From NCBI RefSeq assembly GCF_009914755.1, contig NC_060932.1: a stretch of 64,000 nucleotides of DNA; one strand, given 5' to 3'. Source of the stretch: the human T2T-CHM13v2.0 reference genome, Homo sapiens. Under the pieces are notes generated by a model. That model ran no database searches. It worked only from the letters and a program-made list of their open reading frames with translations, and was not told the origin of the DNA. A program made the translations under genes and the position numbers. Positions 26,869 through 42,903 of this stretch are shown one piece after another. How positions within the stretch are numbered: the stretch's first letter is position 1; each line of letters begins with the position of its first letter.

Positions 26869-28406
26869 AAAAGACATGATTTTAGAAAAAGACATGTCAA
26901 AGTCATACATGCTCAACGACATAGCGAGTACATATGTAAATAAAAAATTATTTTATGCTGTGAATTTGACCGAAAATAACCTTTACCTCGTCAGGAATTA
27001 CAATCCTCACGTATGGTAAAGGATTTCCCTATTGCAAATTATTCCACAACATTAATGTTCTGTGTGCTTTTTATCTATCCCAAGATACAAGTAAATTTGA
27101 CAAAGATATTAGGTTTGTAAACAAATTTACGTTCAAATCTTTGCCTGGAAGTATCTAGATAGAATTTTGCATGCAAAAGAGTATTTACATCTAAAAAATT
27201 ACATATTTCAAATTAAAATGATTTTAGTGTTATAGATAGAAGGAAAGAGTTATTGAAGTTTATTTCTGTTTTGGCAGTGTAAATGAATTACTTACAAAAT
27301 TTTAGAAGTCTACAGGTGTTTTTATAAAGTTTGTGTTATTTGTGGAAACCTCAGTTTTCTGGCATTTTGCCAATGAGGTCTACTCTAAGTATAGCAGAAA
27401 TTTGTTTTCCAGCTTTATAAATATATATTTTAAGATTAAGAACTGATTTTACTTATATAATCTGGGATCAACTTTTGGCTTCTCCTGTCAAGGATTTTGA
27501 ATTTGTGACAAAATATACACTTATTGATAACCAGTGACATATATAAAATGCTTTACAATTAATAAAGCATATGTATTTTACATATTTTTTCACTACATAT
27601 GACGCATGTGGCAACCCCAAGAGTTGAGTTGTACCCATCGGCAAACTTTGATCATGATTCTGTGAATATAGGCAAGCACCAATTGCAGGTAGAACATTCT
27701 TTTTTTGAGTCCCAAACCGTGAGAAACAAATTACAGAAATGTACCTTTCTTTTGCATTAGGACACGTTGTAGTTTTGTATGAACACTCTAGTTTTAAGCA
27801 GTATGTGCAAAAACATTGCACAAAGGATTTGTGTGTTGATTTTGGGACTCCTGTATTATTAATTATGTGGTTTATTTGACTACCCCACATTTTCAAGCAT
27901 AAATTAATAAATCCATAATTCCAGGCTTATTAACAATAAACAATCTAGATAGTTGAACTCTTTCTTGCTAACATTTTCTAGATATGGACTGTTTGGTATT
28001 TTTCTACTAATAAAGACCCTTAGTAAGCTGCCTTCTGGTTTGATGTCATTGGGATGTTTACTGGGAACTTTGGTGGAGATCTTGCAGTCTCTCTCCCCCA
28101 GTGGTGAAAGAATGAGTTACAAACCAGCTTTCCTTCCCAGTGTACAATAGCGATGGAGTTTGTTCTATATGGAAAATTTGTTTGATAAAAGTATTCTTTA
28201 AAATTTTTTGTTCCATAAATTATCAGTATTTTCAGTTTCTGATTCATGCTTGGGATAGTTGCTGCATATTGTTTAATTTTGTCAGAATTTATATTGTTAA
28301 ATATCAAATACGACAGACTACCCTCAAATCATAAGTAGTTAATGTAATTAACATCCTGTTTCATCATGAGACTCTTCAGTGTTACATTAAAAACTGCTAC
28401 CTCCTG

Positions 28407-28770
<364 letters not shown>

Positions 28771-29569
28771 CTAAGAACTAAGCCTTGAACTAAGGCTATT
28801 TTATTTGAGTATGAGTCATATCAGGGTACGGATCCATTTTACTATTAACAAAACAAATATGTTCTGTTTTTTTTTTTTAAATGCACACACCACGTTTGAG
28901 AGATTCTTATTCACTGTATTTTCTTTAATTATACTTGAATTTTGGTTTACATTGAGGAGTGCCCTCAAAGATATTAACAGATTTTTAAAAAATCCTCTAA
29001 AAAACTCATTCTTAGGGAAATTTGTTCACTTACTAGGTGAGGAGCAAAATAAAAATCCTTAATATAGAAGAGCTATTATCTGTCTTCAAAATTAAGTCTT
29101 TGAGTAGATTTGTGAATAAATCTAATAGTTTTGCTGAATTTACTTAGATCTTAAGACAGAATAATCATGTAGAAAATTTAAAATGTCAGGAATTCATAAT
29201 GATTCATATACCCAAGGATTTTCATTGATAGTGAGGTAAGGTTATTCTTGAGAAAGACTCAAAGTCATAAAATAATAGAATTTCGAAACTACCAGAATTA
29301 TACAAGTCAATTAAAATGACTGATTTGTTTTAAGAGGAAGAAATACTAAATGTATAATTATTAGATGCAGCATATTGTATCTGTTTTGTTTTGTGATTCT
29401 AGCTCTTATAACCTATGCTTGGACCTAGGTGTCATAACTTACTTTAAATATGTATGTTTGGTTTTCATTCATATTGACAGTACTACCTCTCAGTTTTCTT
29501 TCAGATATTGTTTTGTATTTACCCATGAAGACATTGTTTTTTGGACTCTGCAAATAGGACATTTCAAAG

Positions 29570-29665
29570 ATGAGTGAAAAAAAATTGGAAACAACTGCAC
29601 AGCAGCGGAAATGTCCTGAATGGATGAATGTGCAGAATAAAAGATGTGCTGTAGAAGAAAGAAAG
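29570..29665 (+). CDS. WRN: WRN exon 2 coding part (exon starts 29494); [32 protein letters not shown]
   Basis: ATG at 29570 (aagATGa), donor AAG|gtatgt, recognisable WRN N-terminus. Confidence 0.95.
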
Positions 29666-30184
29666 GTATGTTGTTCATTGACTATTCTTTCGGGTGAGAA
29701 ATTTAATTTATATTTGACTGTGCAAAGAGTCAGTTGTTACTTGTAAACTTCAAGTCATTGTTTAGGTCAGAGTTGCTGTTGTCTAAATGCACCAGGACCT
29801 AGTTGTTGAAAGGGTAAACTGGAATAAACTTTAATTGGGTTTACAAAATGAGAATTCTTACTGTATATTTTCTCTTTTTCGGGTTGACTTTACCAGTTTG
29901 TTCTAGTTCAGATAATTTAGACAACATTAACTTTGTTGAATTTTTTGTTTGCCAGCCGGTCTTCAGCATTTTAAGGCAACATTATTATTACAGTTGTAAT
30001 ACGAATATAATTACCAGAGAAAAAACTCAGGAAAATAAATGCTTTTATGAAAATGGGATTAGAGGTTTGAAAATAAACTTGTTAGGAGAAATAATTTCAC
30101 AATGGGATGGTTTTTTCTTTGTTAAGTTTTCTTTATGACTTCATTAGTTTATAAAACATTAATTGATAAAACTTAGAACTATAA

Positions 30185-30388
<204 letters not shown>

Positions 30389-30896
30389 TAAGTGATTTGA
30401 ATTTCCTGATTTTATTTGAATTTGGACCCTTAGAAGGTACTATTATGGTAATGTTTGTGAATATACTGAGTTTTACAGGTGAGGTGTGTTCAATAGATAA
30501 TTATTTCTATGTATACACTATCACCAAGTTTTACATTTCAAATAAAAGTCACTGAATTAATTTGTAATCTGTCAGTTTGTTCATTCATAAGCTTTTCTAT
30601 TACTTCAGACAGTTTTTTTTTAACTTTTTTAATATATGTGCTGCTGAAGCGAGCACGACAGTTTTTTAACTTTCAGTACTTAAGATGTTATATATAGAGC
30701 TACTGAACATACTGTGTTTATTTTACCAATTTAGGGAAAAAGTGCAAAAATTATTTAACCTTTAAATGCACCTTTATATTTCATTAAAAATATCAACATA
30801 GTAATATTGAATAATGGCTATGATCGGCTCTGTTGTGTGTAATTAGTAACAGTTGTAGCAAATGATCCTTAAAAAATGTTCTAACTAAACATTAGA

Positions 30897-31224
<328 letters not shown>

Positions 31225-31406
31225 TTAGAAATGTCTGTTAGTACTTTTAAAGGTTGCCTTGTAAAATTAGGACTGCAATAGTGCAATCTAAGGCTCTCAA
31301 AGCATAAAACAAGTAATAAGGAATTCATTCAGATATTTTCCGAGGTGGTTATACCTGTCTTTTAAAAAAAAAATTTTGTTATATATTGGGTTAAAAAAAG
31401 CAGAGG

Positions 31407-31685
31407 TGCTGGGCACAGTGGCTCATGCCTATAACCCCTACACTTTGGGAGGCCAAGGCAGGAGGATTGCTTGAGCCCAGGAGTTTGAGACCAGCCATAG
31501 TAAGACCCCCATCTCTACAAAAAAATTTAAAAATTAGCCAGGTGTCTGTGGTCCCAGCTACTCAGGAGGCCTAGGTTTTGGGCCCGAGAGGTTGAGGCTG
31601 CAGTGAGCCTTGATCACACCATTGCACTCCAGCCTGGGCAACAGGGCAAAACCCTGTCTCAAACAGACAAACAAACAAACAAAAG
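31407..31685 (+). mobile_element. Alu (AluJ-like)
   Basis: Diverged sense Alu; TSD-like aaaa(g)gcagaggt. Confidence 0.9.
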
Positions 31686-31979
31686 GCAGAGGTAGGTTAA
31701 GCTATTTATTAATGGTCTTCTACTGGTATAGATATAAGCTAGAAATAACATTCAAGTGTTTTTACTTTTACTACAGTTATCTGGCCACTTTGGGACTCAT
31801 TATACTGAATTAGTTTCACAGAGGAGGTAAAATCTGTTGTTTATGATTACATATTAACTCTACCATTTTACCTTCAGCATTGCTGTAGTATGTCATATCT
31901 GAAGGCAATTAGCACAAGTGACTTGAAGAATTGTAGTTTTGATGACTTATATGTATTTTATAAAAGGCAGGCAGAGTTT

Positions 31980-33410
31980 TTGTGTTTGCTTTCCCCTCCT
32001 CTGGACACTTTAAATTTTTGCTACCACAGGTTTCCAACAATTTGATTATGATGTGCCCTTGTGTAATGTGGTTGGTGTTTATTTGGCTTGGAGTTCGTTG
32101 AATTTTTTTGATCTGTGTGGGCTTATACCTTTAATCAAATTTGAAAAATGTCTTCAGATCCTTTTTCCTCCCATCCTGTTATTCTTTTCTCTTTCTGGGA
32201 CTCTTAGTACACACAAGTTTGATTGCTTGATACTGTGTCACAGGCCACTGAGGCTCTTTCCTTTCAGTCTTTTCTTCTTTCTTCCTTTTTTTCTTTCTGT
32301 GCTTCATTTTGAATAGCTTGAATAGTTTTGTTTCCTGTCTTCAAGTTCACTTATATTTTTTTCTTCTGTAGTGTCTGGTCTGTTTATACCATCCTGTGAA
32401 TTTCTTTTTTAGATACTACATATTTTGTTTATCTCTAGAAGTCCCATTTGGTTCTTAATTTTTTTTTCCATTTTGGCTCTCATTATTCATGTTTCTTTCA
32501 AAATTCTTGAACATATTTAGCATATTTTTAATAGCTGTTTTAATGTACTTGTCTGTTAATTCCATTATTCTAGGGTTTTTTTCTTTCTATTGGATGATTT
32601 TTCTCCTGATTATGGGTTATATTTTCCTGTTTATTCCTACAGCTGTTAATTTTTTTTTTTTTAATTAGGCATTGTGATCTTACTTTGTGGAATGTTAGAT
32701 TTTATTGTTTTCCTTTAAAGAAAGGAACTTTGTCAGACATCTAAGTTACCTGAAGATCAACTTTATGTTTTGAAGCTTGTTTTCAAGCTTGATCAGGGAA
32801 AGTCTACGTTTGCCTTTAGTCTAAAGGTAATTTAGCCCTATAATAAGATGTGACCCTTCTGGAGTCTTTGTAGACTGCCTCTGGTGATCAACGATCTCTT
32901 CTCTGACTTTTCAGAACGTTAATGCCTCTTACCTTTGTGTAAGTCCGTCCTAAGAATCATTCAGCTTATGGTTGTTTGCCCAGCCCCATAGAGTTTTAGT
33001 CTATGCATGCTTGTCTTCGTATTCTGCAAAGACCAAAGGAGTCCCTTAGGGAGATTTCTGGAGCTCTTTTCCTGCCTAGCTTCCTCCTCTCCAGAACTCT
33101 GCCCCGTGAGTTCCAGGTCCTTCAGCTTCCAGGGCTCTGAACTCTGTCTCCCCAACTCAGTGCTCTCCTTGGGATTCTTCTCCCTGTTCTGTTGTCTGCA
33201 GTGGGTCCCAGGAAGAATGTGGGGCAACTGTAAGGTTCACCCTTCATTTCCCTTCCCTTAGAGATCATAGTCCTGTACTGCCTGTTGTCTAGTATCTGAA
33301 ACAGTTGTTTTATATGTTTTGTCCAAGTTTAGATTTGTTTGTGGTGGGAGGGTGAGTCTGGCCTCCCTTGTTATATCATGTTGGCCTGAAGCAGAAGCTG
33401 AGTTTCTTTT
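31980..33410 (-). mobile_element. Old L1M 5'/ORF1-region fragment
   Basis: T-rich antisense L1M text (aatttgattatgatgtgccc...gtcacaggccactgaggctct...tcttcaagttcact). Confidence 0.6.
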
Positions 33411-33531
33411 ATTTTTTAAATATAGTTTCAATTTTTAACAACTATTAAATAGGCAAGTATCAACAACAATAGATAACAATATAATAGATATGCATATTCC
33501 TCCCACTTTATCAAATCTTAATTTTCTTCAA

Positions 33532-35143
33532 TTTTTTTTTTTTTTTTTAATAGGGTCTCACTCTGTTGCTCGTGCTGGAGTGACAGTGGTGTGATCTTGG
33601 TTCGCTGCAACCTCCGCCTCTTGGGCTCAAGTGATCCTCCTGCCTCAGCCTCCTGAGTAGCTGGGACTACAGGCATGCACCATCATGCCCAGATAATTTA
33701 TATATATATTTTTTTATAGAGATGGGGTTTTTGCCATGTTGCCCAGGCGGTCTCAAATTCCTGGACTCAAGCAATCTGCCTGCCTTGGCCCCCCAAAGTG
33801 CTGGGATTACAGGCGTGAACCACTGCGCCTGGCCTGTTTTCTTCAGTTCTTTATTAAGAAATGAAACAGTAAAATACAGCTGAAGCCCCGTGTTTGTTCT
33901 TTCTGATTCTCCCTCTGTGCCCCTCTGAGATAACTTCTATGAGTTTTGTGCATTTTTTTTTCTTTTTAATAAAAACAGGGTCTTGCTCTGTTATCCAGGC
34001 TGGAGTGCGGTGGCGAGATCATACTCAATGCAGCCTCAACCTTATGGGCTCGAGTGATCCTTTCGCCTCAGCCTCTCAAGTAGCTACAACTACTGGTGTG
34101 TGCTGCCATGCCTGGCTAATTTTTTATTTATAGTTTTTAAAGACAGGGTCTCACTATGTTGCCCAGGCTAGTTTTGAACTCCTGGCTTCTAGTGATCCTC
34201 CTGCCTTGGTCTCTTACTTAAAGCACTGGGATTACAGGTGTGAGCCACTGGCTGCTCACATGTTTTTTATAATAGTACTTAATAATTTTATGTCTGAAAA
34301 TATTATATAATGTTATTTTGCCCATTTAAAAACTTTAAAAAATGCTAACAAACTGTGTACTCTGTAACTTGTCTTTTTTACTCAACACTACGTTTTTGAG
34401 AATTTTTCTTGTTGATCTGTGTAGTTCCATTTTAACTGTTATATCTTACTATGTTTCATTATGCAACAGTTGGTTCAATCCATTCTCTTGTTAATGGAAA
34501 TTTAGTTTGTTTCTAATTTTTGCCAGTAGGAACAGTGTTGCAATGCATATTCTTAAACATGTCTGTACACATCTGAGGGTTTCATTTATTTGTGACAAAA
34601 CTTGCCAGGTCATAGTGTTTATGCACCTTCAACTAGATATTGTCGTTGTCAAAGTTTTTTTCCAAAAGGATTTTACCAATTTATACATGAACCACCGATA
34701 GATATCCTCTTAACACGTGGTATTCTGAAACTTAATTTTTACCAATCAGATAGATGTGAAATCACGTAGACTTAGTTTGCATTTCTTTGACTTCTAGTGA
34801 GAAGTAGTGTCTTCACATATTTTTTGGATTTTTAAAATTTATTTTTTATTTTTGTTTTTCTTAGAGACAGGGTCTTGAACTTTTACCCAGGCTGAAGTGC
34901 AGTGATGCGATCATAGCTCACGCTAACCTCGAACTCCTGGACTCAAGTGATCCTCCTGCCTCAGCTTCCTGAGTAGCTGGGACTACAGGTGTGTGCCACC
35001 AAGCCCAGCTAATTTTTAATTTTTTTTTTTGTAGAGACATGCTGTGTTGCACAGGTTGGTCTTAAACTCCTAGTCTCAAGCAGTCCTCCTGCCTTGACTT
35101 TCCAAAGTGCTGGGATTACAGGGGTAAACCACCATACCTGGCC
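33532..35143 (-). mobile_element. Three antisense AluJ-like elements (33532-33834, 33953-34255, 34840-35143) within old L1M sequence
   Basis: Each has a T tail, ggctcaag/gactcaagtgatcctcc and gctgggattacagg. Confidence 0.9.
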
Positions 35144-35381
35144 ATATCTTTTGGATTTATTGGTCATTTGGATTTTCTTTTGGGAATTACCTGTTCATAT
35201 TTTTCTCCATTTTTCTGCTGAATAATTTGTCTTTTCTTACTTATTTTTCAAGAAATTTTACATATTTTCTGGCTGTTCATTGTCAGTTGTATGTGCTCCA
35301 GATAACTTGAACAGTCTGTGGTTGCCTTTTAATTTTTGAATTATGTCTTTAGTTATGCAGAAGTTTAAAATTTTAACATAA

Positions 35382-35588
<207 letters not shown>

Positions 35589-36020
35589 TGATAATTGTAA
35601 TATGTCAACTTTATCCCTATAAAATTAAGTTCTTTTATTAGCTGGCCGTTCTCTCATTATCTCAAATTTATTTAAGTATTTATGTTCTACCTGATTCACT
35701 CACATTCCTTGTTTTATTTAATTTTCACAACATACCTGTGAGGCATTGACATTTTTTCTGTTTTAGAGAAGAGAAAACTGAAATTTTAAGAGGCTAAATG
35801 ACCAGGATATGTACTGCTATTGCTAGCAGGAGTGGCATTCAAACTGATTATTTTTTCTTGTCATTTATCAATCAGGACTGTTTGCTTTAGTTAAGAAATA
35901 CTCAAGGTCAATGTGTTTCTGAATTTAAAATTACTGTTAAATACAAATTTATACATAAACATGGTATGTATAAGAAGTAGGACATAAATCCATCATACTT
36001 GACAGAACTTATGGAAATAA

Positions 36021-36203
<183 letters not shown>

Positions 36204-36344
36204 TAATTTTCATGATGAAGATTATTTTGTGTTACACAGAATGTACTTTCTATCTGAATGTTAGATTTTTTTTTGAAAAAGCTTGTTATATAATGTTTTT
36301 GTAGCAATAAAAAAGTTCCAAGTGAATGTTCTTTAATGAAAACC

Positions 36345-37584
<1,240 letters not shown>

Positions 37585-38154
37585 TACAGTTTCTTTAAGC
37601 AAGCCTTCTCTTTTCCTTCCTCCCAGTTCTTGGTACTCTTTCACTTTCATATATTTGCAAATGTAAAATTGTGTTTTAGGTGTATATTTTTAATCCATGT
37701 ATACCAGTAACTTAAAAAAAAATTTTTTTTTTTTTAAGGGAGAGCATAATGGAGCTCTTGTGATACGGTGCTCTTAGTGGAAGTTTGGCTATCAATTCCA
37801 TCACCTGTATTTCACATATTTTATTAATGAAGTTCTTAAATTAAATTCTCATATTTAGCCAAGTATTCATTTGGCTGGGAGGTAGAAAGCCTACTAACCA
37901 ACTTTTTTTCATGAACAATATTTTTAAAGTCCAAGATTTTTAATACCTACATTAGGGAAATTCTAGAATTAAATTCTTACAATGTGGACTGCATATGAGG
38001 CTTTTAGTGACAGGGAATTTGTTGAAGGCTATCTGTGGGTTGTATTTTGGTATAACATTTCCTAATTTTATTTGTGGTATGTTCATTTGATATCATTTGG
38101 TAATACCTGAAAACAGGAACTGATTTTACTGTGTTGCTTTTTCATCATTTCTAG

Positions 38155-38313
<159 letters not shown>

Positions 38314-39379
38314 TAAAGATCTTTAGAAATTGTGATGTGTTTTAAAAACATTATTATAAATGACTTTAGAAAAATTTTATTATAGTAGTGGCAGAAACTC
38401 TACCAAAATATTTTATATCAATTTGGCATTGAAAAATGCTTAGGAAGACATTTAGTGAAACTATTCATTTTCGATATTAATTAGCAAGTACCAATCAACA
38501 GATTGTTCAATGCTAGTTTATTTTCATTGTCATGAAGCCAAATTAATGTCTAATTTGTATGTTAAAAAATGTGAACTTGCTGAAAACATGAAAGGCTAAT
38601 AAATCCAGGCTGAGCAAGCATAAATAGTACTGATGATGGATTTGATATATAAACAATTCAGAATGAAAATAATTATAGTACAGTTTCTATTTTAAAACTG
38701 GCCTTATTTCTTATATATAAAATGTGGTGAAATTTTAGAAAAATTGCCTCCAAATTTAGCTTGTTGCTGCCATTAGATATATTTTTATATTTACATGTTT
38801 GTATGTAGTGAAATCTGGGCTTATCTTTATATATAGCACTATTGTGTGTTTTTTAAGAAATGTATTTTATTCCACAGTGAATTTGTTTTCTCCTAACTCA
38901 TGCTTTCATTTGTAGATGAATATTTTATTGTTTCTCCTTTGCATCTATCAAAGGAATGGAAACTCCTTTGAATTGTAACCAGCAAACAATTCACTTTTGT
39001 TAGGGAAATTGGATGATAATTTTCCTTTAAAAGATACCGCCAAACTTGAGACTAACATTCTCAGCTGATTTAAGTAGGATTTCTCTTACTAGATTGCATT
39101 TTGTTAGATTCCATTTTAAGTTATTTTATTTGGATATTGTGTGTAATATTGAGTGTGAAAAAGTGAAAACAAACTTTTAAGGCTCAGGCACCTTTCTCAA
39201 TTTTCACAATTGGTATGATTATTAAATGAGGACATATTGATATTTGTGTCACATAATAGGTTGAATTCCATGTTTGGGTGCTTTGTGAATCATTCTCTTC
39301 GATTTTTCTGAAGATGGGACTTACTGTTTTATTTCGGTGATCTTTAGCATACTTTTTAAATTTTTCTGTTTTTTTATAG

Positions 39380-39449
39380 GCTGGTTTTATTATTTACCGA
39401 AATTTAGAGATTTTGGATGATACTGTGCAAAGGTTTGCTATAAATAAAG
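39380..39449 (+). CDS. WRN: WRN exon 7; [23 protein letters not shown]
   Basis: atag| ... AAG|gtatgt, 70 nt. Confidence 0.94.
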
Positions 39450-40029
39450 GTATGTTAAGATCCATAAATAAAATGTGAATTCACTCTTTTGTGAGGTTTA
39501 TCTCCAAAAAAGGCAATATTCACATATTTGCAAAGCATTTAGTACTATAACTTCTTGAATGTCTGAGCAGTCCTGACATTAGGGTGGGATCCATCAGGGC
39601 CCAAGATGAGTGTTTCATCTTTGTTACTTGTGGCAAAGCAGCCCTTACTTCTTTTACTTTGTAGCATTGCTATGTATTTGGCTTCTAGAGTTGGGGCTTT
39701 GTGGCTTTCTTATTGCAGTGACACAACCAGCTTTCTCCTAGTCTGGAGATTATACATCCTTGCTATAAGTATTTAAAATGCTTTCTATATAATGCTTTAA
39801 AACATGTAAGATGGCTTATCCCCAAGATGGTAGCTAATAAACACTAAGTGATAAAGTAGGTAAAGATCTATTTATTCATTTATTAAATATTGTTGGTCAT
39901 TTTACAGTGCTTTCTAACATACTGATTTACATTTCTAATTTTCTTCTGTCATTTTTCTCCAAAAATAATGGTCATGTCATCCAACCTCAGTGCTGTTTTT
40001 AGAGGTCTTGATAAGCCAGTGAGAGCAGA

Positions 40030-40240
40030 AGGAGCCACGTAGTAGAGTGGGTGAGCCCAGGCTTTTTGTTGCACAGACCAATGTGAATCCCAGCCATGTG
40101 ACCTGGGATGTACCTGTTTCTCCAAACATGGAATGTAGATACTAGCATAATGTCCGTTTTACCGTTTTATAGAATAATTGTGAAGACTTAAAGGGACAAA
40201 CTATTCGAAGCATCTGTATTGATATAAAGTTATCACTATT
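40030..40240. mobile_element. MIR SINE
   Basis: gtagtagagtgggtgagccc...tgtgaatcccagccatgtgacctggg...ctgtttctcc. Confidence 0.5.
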
Positions 40241-40521
40241 CTCGTAGCTTCCTTTTGGAGATTTTAAATGATTGTGTTTGTTAAGATGTTAATTAAATTA
40301 GGCCATTTTGCTAAATGCTCTTAAAAATATGGCATGACTGCCTCATATAAAATGATATGATATTCTTTATAATTGTCGTTGAGCCTCTGTGGGTGGCAGG
40401 CCCTCCTTTATATGTTAAGGTAGAAGAGTCTTTATTCTTACTTCTCCTCCCTGGAGAGCCACTTCCTATGAATGCCTGCTGGTTCTCTGTAGTCAGAGGT
40501 CTTGTGGCTGTAACTTAGAGT

Positions 40522-40858
40522 CAGTCTCCATATCCCTGGGTTCTGCATCTGTGGATTCAACCAACCACAGATTGAGAACATTCAAGCCAAAAAAAAAAAT
40601 TCACAGTTTTAAAAAAGGAAAAGTTGAATTTCTTGCATGGAGTACCACATTGAATCTATATGAATGAAGTGATGCGTAGGCATTTTATAAGGTATTATAA
40701 GAAATCCGGAGATGATTTAAAGTATACAGGACAATGTGTATAGATTATATGCAAATATTGCAGCATTTTATATAAGAGACTTGATCATCTATGGATTTGA
40801 TATCAGTGGGAGGGAGGTTCCTGGAACCAATCCCTCAAGGATACAGAGGAATGACTGT
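40522..40858. mobile_element. MER2-type (Tigger/TcMar) DNA transposon
   Basis: cagtctccatatccctgggttctgcatctgtggattcaaccaacc ... cctggaaccaatccc...gatacagaggaatgactgta. Confidence 0.8.
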
Positions 40859-41235
40859 ATGTTAATTAACTGAGGCAGGTGATCGGTTTTTTAAGCTGAT
40901 TAGGGAAACAGTATATAAGAACTTACTTAACTCATAATAAAACTAAAATTCAACAGGGGAGAGTTATGATTTTTTGGCTTTATGGTTGTGGAATTGCATG
41001 TAGGTTACATGTACAATTTTGTTACATGTGCAATTTTGATGAAAATGCTTCCAAGGAATGTTTATGATATTTTTCACTAAAGTAACATATATTAATAACA
41101 CAGTACTGGAAGTCCTGGTATCTGTGTACTTGTCATTGTAATGCTACATTATTTGACCTTCACTTTTTTTCCCCTTTATTACATTATATGTGTGAGTATA
41201 TTGTGACATCTTGACTCAGATTCCAGTGAATTGTA

Positions 41236-41312
41236 TTAGGTTGGTGCAAAAATAATTGTGGTTTTGGTAATTTTTAATGGCAAAAACCACAATTACTTTT
41301 GCACCAACCTAA
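41236..41312. mobile_element. MADE1 (Hsmar1-derived MITE)
   Basis: TA-ttaggttggtgcaaaa...ttttgcaccaacctaa-TA: near-perfect palindrome with TA TSD. Confidence 0.95.
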
Positions 41313-41884
41313 TAACTAAGATTACCATCTTTTTTTCCTTCCTTCCTCCCTTCCTTCCTTTCTGTTATTCAGCCAGAAGTATCAGCATCACTGTTCTCTT
41401 ATTTTCTTCATGTACATATGGATGATATTTTCGAATGACCACTTTTCTCTTTTGCTTTTTATTATTAGACTGTTTTTTTCTTCTTGTTAAAGGATAAAAA
41501 GATTAGAACATAAAAGGATATTTACACATTGTTTCCCCATTGACTTATTCCCAAGATGGTAGCTAAAAACACCAAATGATATAGTAGTTAAAGATACATT
41601 GACTCATTTATTAAATATTGTTGAGCATTTTACGATATGGGAATACCGTAGTGAACAAGCCAGGCATACTCTGTTTCCTGAGGGGCCTACAGTTTTATTG
41701 GGGATATAGATGAGTGAAGAAAGCAATTGCAGTGTAGGGAGATGAGTCTTATGTCATGGGAAAACAAGGTGCTGTAGTTGACACACCGAGAGGCATCTGA
41801 CACATTGGGGGAAATATTCTAGAATATTTCCTGGAGAAAGTGCAGGTAAAAGCCAGACCTGAAACCTGAGCAAGAGTTAGCTAA

Positions 41885-42227
<343 letters not shown>

Positions 42228-42611
42228 TTACAGGTGCCAAGTTACAGAGGTGAGAGAAATTATGGTATCTATAGGTAATTGAAAGTAATTCAGTATAGTG
42301 AACATTGAATAGGGCTGGGCGGATGAAGGCAAAGCAGAAAAAGGAAAGCAGATGGGCCATGGTAAGGAGTTTATATCTCCTCCCAAGAGCAATCGAAGTG
42401 ACTGAGAGTTTTAAACACAGCAGTGAAGTGAATTACATTAAAAAAATAAGAACTTGGGCTCTAGAATAAAAAACGGATATAGGAGGAAGGCAGGAGTCAC
42501 AGTAGGAATATCTTTTGGGAGGCTGTGACAATAATCCAAGTGAGAAGTAATGGCAACTTGAGTCGGTTAATTGTGTTGAGAATGGAGAGAAGTTGACAGG
42601 TTCAAAATTCA

Positions 42612-42903
42612 TTTTTCTTCTTTTTTTGAGTCTCACTCTGTCACCCAGGCTGGAGTGCAGTGATGCGATCTTGGCTTACCGCAGCTTCCACCTCCTGGGT
42701 TCAAGTGATTATCCTGCCTCAGCCTCCTGAGTAACTGGGATTACAGGTGCCTGCCACCACGCCCAGCTAATTTTTGTGTGTTTAGTGGAGATGTGGTTTC
42801 GCCATGTTGGCCAGGCTGGTCTCGAACTCCTGGTCTCAAGTCTTCCGCCCACCTCAGCCTCCCAAAGTGCTAGAATTATAGGCATGAGCTACCACACCTG
42901 ACC
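42612..42903 (-). mobile_element. Alu (AluS)
   Basis: Antisense Alu; TSD tcaaaat(t/a)cattt. Confidence 0.94.

Noticed and set aside
25974-26906. ORFs resembling a reverse-transcriptase protein C-terminus (also 8583-10838 and 36688-36900)
   Set aside because: Fragments of dead, 5'-truncated L1 ORF2, not genes.
27468-27896. 142-aa minus-strand ORF in intron 1
   Set aside because: Non-ATG (TTG) start, AT-rich, no recognisable motif. Probably chance or a transposon remnant.
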